Origin: Okamejei kenojei
Lineage: Eukaryota
Reading direction: 5' to 3'
DNA: 64,000 bases
Assembly: GCA_035221665.1 (NCBI GenBank)
Contig: CM069148.1
Location: 49,910,001-49,974,000 of the forward strand
Under the pieces are notes generated by a model. The model made no database searches. It saw only the letters and a list, made by a program, of their open reading frames with translations, and was not told the origin of the DNA. This document shows, one piece after another, positions 37,971 through 49,074 of the stretch (the stretch's first letter is position 1; each line of letters starts with the position of its first letter). The translations under genes were made by a program, and so were the position numbers.

Positions 37971-38106
37971 CTGCCGCAGGTAGCAGCCACACCAGCGCCA
38001 GCGCCAGTAACAGGGTGGACAGCCGGGTTCCCGGAGAGGAGCAGCAACCCCTCGGCCCCAAGACAGTCCTCGTCCGGCCGCAGCCAGCGCCCTGCCCCGC
38101 CACCAT
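37971..38106 (-). CDS. NCR3LG1: Exon 1 (signal peptide) of NCR3LG1/B7-H6-like Ig-superfamily gene
   Basis: ATG at 38106-38104 in AAGATGG context. Encodes MVAGQG...RLSTLLLALALVWLLPAA with a hydrophobic leader core. Ends GCAG|gtaacg, a phase-1 donor, 136 nt, in frame with the IgV exon. Confidence 0.75.
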
Positions 38107-38122
38107 CTTGCAGAGATTAATT

Positions 38123-38134
38123 ACTTTCGTTTTC
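38123..38134 (-). promoter_or_regulatory. ISRE/IRF-binding motif next to the start of the B7-H6-like gene
   Basis: Minus strand reads GAAAACGAAAGT (GAAAnnGAAA), 17 bp upstream of the ATG. A TATA-like TAATAAATAA lies at about 38186-38195. Confidence 0.5.
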
Positions 38135-38281
38135 GTGTCCTCGCGTTGTTTCCCGGCTGTACAGCCGCTGGCTTTGAATATGTAGTTATTTATTACAGCG
38201 GTAATTAGACGTCTATCGAGGTGGCTCTGTTCAATAAAACAGATGCAGCTGACACACAGTGCTGGAGTAACTCAGCAGAGT

Positions 38282-39338
38282 AGCAATGTTACAACATTTT
38301 GAGATTTAAAAAATCAAGTCTGCAATTTATCCCATCAGATAAAGCATACGAAGAAGTTTAATTTGACACCTAATTCACTTTCATATCTTCAGTAATAAAA
38401 AAGCTATGGCCATTTTCATACTCGGAAATTAGCATCTTGTCCCCCATTGCCTTTCCATTGACTTAACATAAAAGTTGTGATCGAGGACAGTCAAAAGCCC
38501 ATGACTTTCTTAAAAATTAAGAGAACTGAAAGAAATGTTCAGTTATTATAGATTGAAGCATTCTGAAATTAATATGAACCTATCTTACTTGGATGACCTG
38601 AAATTAAAACATATAATTAGTGAGTTACCCAATTGTAGCTAATTACAAAATGCAATTACTAGATCTAAACATCTATCCATTTCTTAAGAAAATATTAACT
38701 TTTTTTTAAAGCCTAACTGTCCAAATAACATTCACAAAAGAATTCACAATATAACATGATTTTTAAATCTCATTGTTATGAATTCATTTGGCCCAAGGCT
38801 TCATAATTGAAGGAATTTAGTGTTTAATGCCTGTAAATTAATGGGCATTTTAAACAGCTTGCGAGTGGGATTTTCTGGAACGCGATGTATTGGAACGGTG
38901 CGGTTGCGGTGAATTTAAACCCAATATCGGCAGGAAAACACTGCCGGTTCATATGGGGAATAAATCACCATTTCGCAACATGAAATATTAATTAAAGTCA
39001 CCTAAACAAGCAAGTTTATATGAAAAAATAAACAGCTTTCACTTACCTGTCCCCTATGTAAAATCCGTCCCCGTTGTCGGCGTTCTCAGCATTAGGAGCT
39101 CATTTTTATTTTACTGCAACGCTGAAATTGTCAGGTGATTAAAAAAAAATTAACTTACCGGCAGTCGGAACGAATCGCCAGAAATAGCTCGCACTCCGAG
39201 AAAATATAATTCCGGTGGCAAGGGGAAAACTGCATTTTAACCCCGCTCCCCCCCCCCCCCCCTTAAAGGCGCCAAAGTCGCGCACACGGCCAGCGGCAGA
39301 ACTGCAGCACCGCTGAAGGTAAGTTTTGTAACATACCT
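38282..39338. mobile_element. Putative non-autonomous DNA transposon directly upstream of the B7-H6-like promoter
   Basis: Imperfect 13-bp terminal inverted repeats agcaatgttacaa / ttgtaacatacct. No clear TSD. Confidence 0.4.
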
Positions 39339-39579
39339 TCATAGAGTCAGTGTGAAAACAGACATTTCGGCCCAACTTGCCCGCATCGGCTAACATGTCC
39401 CAGTTTCACTAATCCCACCTGCCTGTATTTGGCCCATATCCCTGCAAATTTGTCCGATCCATGTACCTGTCTAATTGTTTCTTAAACGTAACGATAGTCC
39501 CTGCCTCAACGACCTCCTCCGACAGCTCTGATTCCTATTAATTTTTTTCCCCTTCACCTTAAACCTATGTCCTCTAGTT

Positions 39580-40627
39580 CAGAATTGCAGGCAGTGACTA
39601 GTGGGGTACCGCAAGGCTCGTTGCTGGGACCGCAGCTATTTACAATGTATCATTGATTTCGATGAAGGGATTCAAAGTAACATTAGCAAATTTGCAATGA
39701 CACAAAGCTGGGTGGCAGTGTGAACTGTGATGCGATGCTATGAGAATGCAGGGTGACTTGGACAGGTTGGGGGAGGGCAGATGCATGGCAGATGAAGTTT
39801 AATGCGGATAAATGTGAGGTTATCCACTTTGGTAGCAAAAACAGGAAGGCAGATTACTATCTAAATGGTGTCAAGTTGGGAAAAGGGGAAGTACAACGGG
39901 ATCTGGGGGTCCTTGTACATCAGTCTATGAAAGTAAGCATGCAGGTACAGCAGGCAGTGAAGAAAGTGAATGGCATGTTGGCCTTTATAACAAGAGGAAT
40001 TGACTGTAGGAGCAAAGAGGTCCTACAGAGGTCCTTCTGCAGTTGTACAGAGCCCTATTGAGACCACACCTGGAGTATTGTGTGCAGATTTGGCCCCCTA
40101 ATTTGAGGAAGGACATTCTTGCTATTGAGGGAGTGCAGCGTAGGTTTACAAGGTTAATTCCCGGGATGGAGGGACTGTCATATGCTGAGAGAATGGAGCA
40201 GCTGGGCTTGTACACTCTGGAGTTTAGAATGATGAGAGGAGATCTCATTGAAACATATAAGATTATTAAGGGCTTGGACACGCTAGAGGCAGGAAACATG
40301 CTCCCGATGTTGGGGGAGTCCAGAACCAGGGGCCACAGTTTAAGAATAAGGAGTAAGCCATTCAGAACGGAGACGAGGAAACACTTTTTCTCACAAAGGG
40401 TGGTGAGTCTGTGGAATTCTCTGCCTCAGAGGGCGGTGGAGGCAGGTTCTCTGGATGCTTTCAAGAAAGAGCTGGATAGGGCTCTTAAAAATAGCAGTCA
40501 GGGGATATGGGGAGAAGGCAGGAACGGGGTCCAGATTGGGGATGATCAGCCATGATCACATTGAATGGCGGTGCTGGCTCAAAGGGCTGAATGGCCTACT
40601 CCTGCACCTATTGTCTATTGTCTATTG
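39580..40627 (+). mobile_element. CR1 LINE family D 3' part, (CTATTGT)n tail
   Basis: GVPQGSLLGP region and ORFs 39753-40061 and 40043-40555. Tail ctattgtctattgtctattgt. Confidence 0.9.
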
Positions 40628-41259
40628 TCCTCGATACCTCTGCTCCATGCATCTACCCGACCTATGCCTCATGGATATATACACCTCTATAAGTTCACCC
40701 ATCATCCTCCTGCGCTCCAAGGAATAGAGTTCCAGCCTGTTTAACCTGTCCCTGTAGCTCACGCCTGGCAATGTCCTTGTAAATCTTCTCCATACCCATT
40801 CCAGCTTGACACCATCTTTCCCATAACATGGTGCCGAGAACTGAACACAATGTTGTAAATGCGGCCTCACCGTCATCTTATATAACTGCACATGTTCCCT
40901 ATGTTGGGGGAGTCCAGAACTAGGGCTCACAGTTTAAGAGTAAGGGGTAGGCATGTAGGACTGAGATGAGGAAAAACGTTTTCACCCAGAGAGTTGTGAA
41001 TCTGTGGAATTAACTGCCACGGAAGCCAGTGTAGGCTAATTCACTGGATATTTTCAAGAAAGAGTTAGATTTAGCTCTAAGGGCTAAAGGAATCGAGGAA
41101 GATGGGGAAAAAGCAGGAATGGGGTACTGATTTTAGATGATCAGCCATGATCTTATTGAATGGCAGTGCTGGCTCGAAGGGCCGAGTGGCCTACTCCTGC
41201 ACCTATTTTTCTATGTTTCTATGTTCTATGTGTCTATGACCTCCCAACTTCCATTTGTA

Positions 41260-41955
41260 GGAAGGAACTGCAGATGCTGGTATACACTGAAAATAGACAC
41301 AAAATAAATGCTGGAGTAACTCAACGGGAAAGGCAGCATCTCTGGAGAGAAGAAGTAGGTGACATTTTGGGTGTCGACCCTTCTTCAGACTGAGAGTCAG
41401 GGGAGAGATATGGAAGGGTAAGATGAGAAAATGACAGATGAAAGCAGATGATAAGGAAATGTAGAATGCTTCATTGTTCATTGTTCACTGAGGGGAAGGT
41501 GACAACGAGGCTTACAATCAGTAAAATTAATCATGACAGTGAAACTAATCAAAGAACCAGGGTGGGGGAGGGACGGGGTGAGAGGGAAAGCAAGGGTTAT
41601 TTGAAGAAATCAATATTCATACCACTGGAGTGTAAGCTGCCCAAGCAAAATATGACACGCTGTATCTCCAAGTTGCGTTAGTCCACACTCTGACAATGGA
41701 GGAGGCCCAGGACAGAAAGGTCAGTGTGAGAATGGGAGGTGCCAGGTGTTGCATCTCCTGCGGTTGCAGGGGTGAGTAGCTGGGGAGGGGGTGGCTTGGG
41801 CCTTTGTCACCCACTCCACCCATCTGCCACTCACTCCCCTCCCACACTTGTATCCACATATCACTTGCCAGGCTTTGTCCCACCACAACTTTCTTTTCAA
41901 GCTTTCACCCAACTACTACAATTAGTCTGAAGAAAGGTTCCGACCTGAAACCTTG
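41260..41955. mobile_element. Degenerate Penelope-like 3' fragments in inverted arrangement
   Basis: Similar to 16010-16400 (aagctgcccaagc, ggaggaggcccagga). HHR-like motifs on opposite strands at 41361-41388 and 41927-41954. Confidence 0.55.
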
Positions 41956-43393
41956 TGCTAATTCCAGAGGGAATGAACCAATCTGATCAGTAGAATACAT
42001 TAGTAACTTAGAATAAGTTACATTCTGTAGAATATTGTACACAAATCAAAGTGCTGGAGCAACTCAGCGGGTCAGGCAGCATCTGTGGATGGCATGGACA
42101 AGTGACGTTCTCGACCCGAAACGTCTTCTGTCCATTCCCTCCACAGACGCTGTCTGACCTGAGTTCCAGATGCACTTTGTGCATTGCTCAGGATTACAGC
42201 ATCTGCAGTTTAATACTGAGGCTGCAGGTTGGGGTTGGGGGGGGATGGAAGTGGGGGCCGGGTCCAGGATATTGAGCTGTAGCAGTTCAGAGCTACTGTT
42301 CGTGGTGGGACTTGAAGTGTCAGGAATGGAGACAAGTGTGCGGGTGTGGATACAGCATGGAAACAGGCCTTTCTTCCCACAAAGTCCACGCCGAACAACG
42401 CTTACCGGTTCACACTATTTCTATGTGATCCCACTTACAGAAGGGACAGAAGATTGAAAGTGTGCACCACCAGACTCAGGAACAGCTTCTTCCCCTCTGT
42501 TATCAGGCTTCTGAATGATCCTTCCATAAGCTAGGGTACCAGAGGTTTCACCTCTACCTCATTGCGGACATTGGACTTTGTCTCTGGAACTGACTCTGCA
42601 CTCTGTATCTTCTTCTGTGTGGTATATCTGATATGTTTGGATAGCATGTAAAACTAAGCTTTTCACTGCACTTTGGTACAGGTGACAATAATAAACATAA
42701 TAGTAAACCTATATACAAGTCCACCACCGATTTTCCAGCAACTGGTGGTCCGGCACCTCCTTTGATCCAGACAAAATTACAAGAATGCATTTGAAATCCT
42801 CCTCGGAAGTCCCCTGGAAAATGTGGCACCTAGGCTGGGTCAGGCGGCCGATCTTGACCTCATCGGGACTTTCATGCCGATCAGTGGGTCGGATTTTGGC
42901 CCCTGTGGCCGGGGCTCTGGAACTCCAGCCTGGCCGGAGCCGGCATCTGAGGCCGACTATGCAGACTAGTATCTCAGCCCCTCCCTCCTTCCCGAGGCCA
43001 TGACCTCTGTTATTTTGGCAAACCAGACAATACGGGAAGTCTGGGTGCTGGAACATAGGTGGTGGACCCTGACAAAGTAGTCATACAATTCAGAACAAAA
43101 CTATAAATAGCTGAAGCAGAAAATATCACTGATCTCAGATCACTGGGTTAATTTGTTTTGGGATTAATTGTGAGATATATTTGAATACATTTATTATTTG
43201 AGACATTGCAATATAGAATAAAAACAATCTGTGATAGCAACAATACATAATTAATACTGCAGGAATATATCGAGGGTACCAATAAAATTATTTTATAAAA
43301 TTATAGAAATAAACTATGGTTGTTATCTTGGTTCAAAATATTTCTTCTAATTTTGTGCAATTCACATGTTGCTGAAATATAATTTTCGTTGAA

Positions 43394-45252
43394 TCTAGAC
43401 CAAGTGCAGACCCGTTAGGTCTGCTCCCCCAACGGTGTTGTCCCCGATGCAATATTCTACCACTCACCCATTCCCCCAATGCAACTGAAGGCATTCCTGA
43501 ACGTAAGATTCCAGCACTCCCCTACCTACCTCAGCAGTGGACTTTAAAAAAAAAATACAATTGCACCTCCCTTGCCTGCTGCAGCAGTTCCAATTGCAAT
43601 ACCAAATAACCCCTCCTGTTGAAATATCCCATTGAGGTGAAATTCAGAGTGTTCCTGTCTTGCAACTTTGTATCGATGTGTTGGAAACAGGGAGAAAGGA
43701 TTTTGACAGTAAAAATGTAGTTAAAGTTGGCATTTTTAAAGCTTTAATCGTGAATAACTTCGGAAATATAGGTGTAAATGCGCCAGGAGGATGTTTATCG
43801 CCACCGCAGGAAAACTGTGAGTAGGATGTGTGAAAATGGGAAGGATGTGGCCTCGCGTTTGGAAGAAGATAGGAAATAACCAGATTGACACGGAGACGCA
43901 GGCAGAGACACATCGTGGGCACAAACAAGACGAAGACTTTTAGTTATCTATGTTACTAAAAGTTTGATCTTGACCACTTCCTGTTGTTCTGTATATTGAT
44001 TTTAGAAAAAGCGCTGCCACTTATGGCTTTGATTTTTGGCTATCTTACTCAGAGTCCCCCCTCCGCTGCGCAGAACAAGAGGATTTTTCCCATTGATGAA
44101 ATATAAAAGAGTTATTAGTGTTTTAAAAATGTTGAGATTCTCTCTCCTGAAGGCCACACCCCTTCCAGAGGTGCTATAAAACCCGGACGTGTTGAGTGCC
44201 TCAGTCAGTCTTTGCAAGATGGGGGAGCGAGAGGGTCACGTCTCTCAGCCTGAGCTGTGACTAACACTGAACACATGAGTGGTTTTACTGATCTGTCAGT
44301 GCCCTTAATGTGGTTTAAAAATATGGTTTGGAAATGCTAAAGCTGTGTGGCGTTTGGTATGGTAATGCTAAAGCTGTGTTGCATTTGGTTTGGAAATGCT
44401 AAAGCTGTGTTGCCTTTGGTTTGGAAATGCTAAAGCTGTGTTGCCTTTGGTTTGAAATGCTAAAGCTGTGTTGCCTAATTAAAGTTGCCTTGCCTAATTA
44501 AAGATGCCTTGCCTGATTAAAGTTGCCTTGCCTAATTAAAGTTGCCTTGCCTAATTAAAGTTGCCTTGCCTTCTATATAATTAAAAGTCTAATCTTGACC
44601 ACTTCCTGTTTGCGCTTTATATCGATTTTAGAAAAAAACGCTACCACGTACGGCTGTGATTTTAGGCCATCTTACTCAGAGTCCCCCTCCGCTCATCAGG
44701 TGCTGAGGATTTTTCTCATTAATGAAAAATAAAAGAGTTATCAGTGTTTAAAAAATGTTGAGATTCTCTATCCTGTCAATCACGCCATGAAGGCCACGCC
44801 CCTTCTGTTTGGGAGGGGGGGATATAAAACCCAGAAGTGTGGGCGTGGCTCAGTCTCTGCAAGATGGAGGAGGGAGAGGTCACGATTTGCTGTCTTTGGT
44901 GGCCTTGCACCCTGCTTGAAATAGTATGAAACTGCACTTAACTTTGGTGGCCTTGCACCCTGCTTGAAGTGGTAAGAAACTGCACTTGAATTTGGTGGCC
45001 TTGAGTCAACCGCCAGCCCACCAAGTGTGAGTGACTGAGCTACCAGCCCAAGAATCCATTGGCCCACAATGTCCATACTAGTCCTCTGGAAACCAGTCCC
45101 TTCAGGCCACAACACTCATACTAGTGCTCCAGAAAGCCCCCCCCCCCCCCCCCCCCCGCCCCCCGCCCACCGCCCACCAATATTGGAATATTGCATTGGG
45201 TGACCATCCCTCCCGTGTGATGCTGGGACCCAACGGGTCCCACTTAGTCTAG
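43394..45252 (+). mobile_element. Helitron-like non-autonomous element with internal tandem repeats
   Basis: A|TC start. 3' hairpin tgggacccaacgggtccca followed by CTAG|T. No TSD. Internal direct duplication of about 290 bp and minisatellites. Confidence 0.6.
44325..44570. repeat. Minisatellites: about 30-bp unit (tttggtttggaaatgctaaagctgtgttgc) x about 5, then 19-bp unit (ctaattaaagttgccttgc) x about 5
   Basis: Direct tandem units read from the sequence, with no unique spacers. Confidence 0.9.
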
Positions 45253-45602
45253 TGCATAGATAGATGTTGGGCCATTTGCGCAGTCACTTTGTCTCATTTG
45301 TAAAACGTATTAATTTATCAGGATTTCTTTATACAATAATGCCTTTCATCATTGAGTTCCACTCCATTACTTTTCTTTTTTTTTTAATACTTATTTTATT
45401 AGAAGCAATTGTACAAAGATAAAGTAATCGACATAACAGTTACAATTTTCATAGTGTTTCAATTTTAACATTTTATAAATTAATAATTAAATCGGAAAAA
45501 AGGTAAAAGGAAAAAAGGGAAAGAAAGAAAAGAAAAAGAAAAGAAAGAATTTCGAGAGAGACACGAAAAAGAAAAACCCCAGAACTAATGAAGAAGAATA
45601 AG

Positions 45603-46034
45603 GTTGAACAAGTTAGGTCTTTATTCTTTGGAGTGCAGAAGGTTAAGGGGGGACTTGATTGAGGTCTTTAAAATGATGAAAGGGATAGACAGAGTTGACG
45701 TGGATACGTTTTTTCCCCATTGAGGGTAGGGAAGATTCAAACAAGAGGGCATGACATGAGAATTAAGGGACAGAGGTTTCGGGGTAACGTGAGGGGGAAC
45801 TTCTTTACTCAGAGGGTGGTGGCTGTGTGGAATGAGCTTCCAGCAGAAGTGGTGGAGGCAGGATCGATTTTAACATTTAAGAGTAAAGTGGATAGGTATA
45901 TGGACGTGAAGGGAATGGAGGGGTATGGTCTGAGTGCAGGTAGATGGGACTAGGGGAAAACAAATGGTCAGCACGGACTGGAAGGGCCGAGAGGGCCTGT
46001 TTCCGTGCTGTAATTGTTATATGGTTATATGGTT
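45603..46034 (+). mobile_element. 5'-truncated CR1-A inserted in L1 3'UTR
   Basis: Matches 1530-1972. ataag is duplicated at 45598-45602 and 46035-46039. Confidence 0.9.
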
Positions 46035-47363
46035 ATAAGTGAAAGAAGTGGAGATATATCCCACTGCCCTTCCATATGCCCGCTCACCCGACCCTAGCGT
46101 CGGTTTTGTGTTTGTGTACAACCATTATGTTGTTGAAGAAATTCAATAAAAGGAGACCATATTTTGGAAAATTGATCTGGTTTGTTAGTCAAGACAAGCC
46201 TTATTTTTTCCAGATGTATTGTCTGTGATCCACACCTTCACTGTGGGGACTGTTGTCTTTTTCCAGAATTTAAGTATACGTTTTTTCGCAGTTATTAAAC
46301 CATAGTCAAGGAAGCAGCTTTGAGATATCGTTAGATTAGGGCAGTCCTCTGCCATGCCTTATATTGTTAGTTTTGAATCTGGCTCCAATTGAATTTTAAG
46401 TGTTTTAGAAATTATATTGAATATTTCCGTCCAGACGTTTTGATACAAAAGAATGAGTTAGGGTGGCTTCTTGAAAGTGACATTTATCACAGAGAGGAGA
46501 GACAGTTGGGAAGATCTTGTTCAATTTTGTCTTTGAGTAGTATAAGCTATGCAATACTTTAAATGGTATCAGGCAATGCCTGGCATTTAAAGAACAGTAG
46601 TGTATGTATTTGTAGGCTTTCCTCACATATATCTTTCGAAATGGGTGAACCCAGCTCATCCTCCCATGCTCGCCTATAAATCTCAGACGGTGGGGTGTCA
46701 ATATTTAGAAGAGTGTTATAAATGTAAGATATCAACTTACTTGTATTGGCATGTCTATTCAAACAATCATCTAATATATCTGGAGCCATAAGAGGACAGT
46801 TTTGTGTATATGTTTTCACGTAATCTCGGATTTGAAGGTATCTAAATTGGCATTCAAGTCATATTTCTCCTGTAGTTCTTGAAAAGAAGAGAGAGTCCCC
46901 TTCTTATAGAGGTCTCCCACAGTATTGATTCCCAAGTTCTTCCATTGAACAAACACCACATCTAAAGTAGACGGTTTAAACAAGGGATTATTTGCAATAG
47001 GAAGAAGGAGAGACATTTTTCTGAAATTTCAGCTGTTTCCAGACACAGATAGTATTATGTATTATCGGATTTTGCTCATATGTTGACATTCAAATGTATT
47101 GGAGATAGGAGGATCGAGCCTATGCAAAAAGGCAAACAATCTCCCCTCTCCATTTTTAACCAATTTACATGGTGACATGTATCGTCCAACCAGAAAATTA
47201 TATTTTTAATATTAGTTGCCCAGTAATAAAAAAGAAAATTAGGTGGAGCTAATCCTCCATTTTCTTTGGATTTGCACAAATGTCTTTTGTGTATTCTGTG
47301 GGTTTTGTAATCCCAAATAAAGTTAGTGACAATAGACTGTATTATTTTTTAAAAGCTTTTAGG

Positions 47364-47635
47364 GAGATTAAGGGACAGAAGTTTAGGGATAACATGAGGG
47401 GGAACTTCTTTACTCAGAGAGTGGTAGCTGTGTGGAATGAGCTTCCAGTGGAAGTGGTGGAGGCAGGTTCGATTTTATCATTTAAAAATACATTGGATAG
47501 GTATATGGACAGGAAAGGAATGGAGGGTTATGGTCTGAGTGCAGGTAGATGGGACTAGGTGAGAATAAGTGTTCGGCACGGACTAGAAGGGCCGAGATGG
47601 CCTGTTTCCGTGCTGTAATTGTTATATGGTTATAT
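47364..47635 (+). mobile_element. 5'-truncated CR1-A-related copy inside L1
   Basis: IKGQKFR...AGRWD and the same 3' end, with a variant UTR (gtgagaataagtgttcggcacg). Confidence 0.85.
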
Positions 47636-48965
47636 CAGTATTGATATAACCATATAGCTTTCTCCCAATTGGAATTTTTCCAACACTGAAACGATAAGAC
47701 CATTGCACTTGGTCGAAAGCCTTTTCTGCATCTAGAGAAATAATTGTTAGATCTTTGTTTGGCATTCTCTGCGAATATATTATGTTAAACAAACATCTCA
47801 AATTATAAAATGAATGTCGTTTAGGTATAAACCCAGTTTGATCTGGATGTATTAATTTACCGATAACTAGGCTTAATCTACGAGCCAAAGTCTTAGCTAG
47901 TATTTTCTAATTGGTCAATCTTATTTTCCTTATTTTGAAAAGCTTGGTATGCGATAACATAGCCTCTGACATAGGCTTTAAAAGTTTTCCACAGCAAAGA
48001 TGGAGAAATACTGGAGGTGTCGTTTGTCTCAAAAAATGTTTTCATCTGTAGCTTCAGATAGTCACAACAACTTGCCTCAGCTAGTATTTGTGGATTAAAT
48101 CTCCAAAACGGTTGTTTATTATACATTTCTTCCAATTTTACTGAAAAGGTAAGACAGTGATCCGAAATAATAACGTTGTGATATTTTTGGTTTTAGGTAA
48201 AAGGGATAAGTTTGGCGTCAACCAAGAAATAGTCAATTTGTGTGTAAACTTTATAAACACCTGAATAAAAAGAGTATTCTCTTCCAGACGGATTGGCAAT
48301 CTCCATACCTCTTATGTTTGTGTTGTTTATGTGAGTGTTTAAAAGGTCACTCGATTTTGATGTACTTTTCCTTTGAAGTGAAGATTTATCCAAGTATTGA
48401 TCTAATACACAATTTAAATCAAATTGGGTCCCCCGCCCAAGGGGGCCCCGCGTTTATTTTCCGTATTTCATATGGTAATACAAATTCACTTTGTTAAATA
48501 AAGATTTTTAAAAAAACATTCGCCATACGGATTTTTTTACAAAACTTACATTGTTTTGTACATGGAATACAAGCGCTGTACAGTCATCAGACATAAACGA
48601 TGTGTTACCCACTGTAGCACGTGTTAACAGCCAGTAGTGTTAACAGCCAGATGTGTTAACAGCCAGTAGTTAACAAGTAGTTATCCAATGCGTCATCAAT
48701 GCATCCATCCACATTCCTCAGTAAATGTGTAATTGTGTTTTAGAAGAAGTATTAATGACGCTGCGTTCCTTTGAATACAATTCACGCAGCGTCATTAACA
48801 CTTCTTCAAAACATAATTACATTTTACTGAGGAATGTAGATTGATGCATTAATGACACATTGAGAATTTCTTAGAACACACCATCATGATTGAGAACTTC
48901 TTCTTGGTGAGATTCTTGGTCTGCAGGTTAGTCATTCAATTTACCTCAGGATCATTTCTATAGTC

Positions 48966-48997
48966 TACTTTACCTGGCAGGGGAGAAACAGTGATCA
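48966..48997 (+). pseudogene. U1 snRNA 5' fragment (about nt 2-32)
   Basis: tactttacctggcaggggagaaacagtgatca versus vertebrate U1 ATACTTACCTGGCAGGGGAGATACCATGATCA. Confidence 0.8.
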
Positions 48998-49001
48998 AAA
49001 A

Positions 49002-49074
49002 CTTCTCGGCCTTTTGGCTAAGATCAAGTGTAGTATCTGTTCTTTTTGTGAAAGAGACTATCTGTTCTTATCAG
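49002..49074 (+). pseudogene. U2 snRNA 5' fragment (nt 5-47) plus a repeated piece (nt 37-52)
   Basis: cttctcggccttttggctaagatcaagtgtagtatctgttctt (49002-49044) matches vertebrate U2 as I recall it. tatctgttcttatcag follows at 49059-49074. Confidence 0.9.

Larger units (their letters stand above)
45371..48420 (-). mobile_element. Degenerate L1 (APE end to RT, CCHC, 3'UTR, poly(A)), internally deleted, with two CR1 insertions
   Basis: ORF fragments YTQIDYFLV, WRFNPQIL, IHPDQTGF...SLDAEKAFD, GGLAPPNFLFYYWA and CDKCHFQEATLTH. T run at about 45371-45385. Confidence 0.85.

Noticed and set aside
44325-44570. About 30-bp repeats as a CRISPR array
   Set aside because: The units are directly tandem with no unique spacers, there are no cas genes, and the context is eukaryotic.
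48966-49074. Functional U1/U2 snRNA genes
   Set aside because: Only 5' fragments are present, with no Sm site or 3' stem-loops, and they lie inside a retrotransposon TSD.
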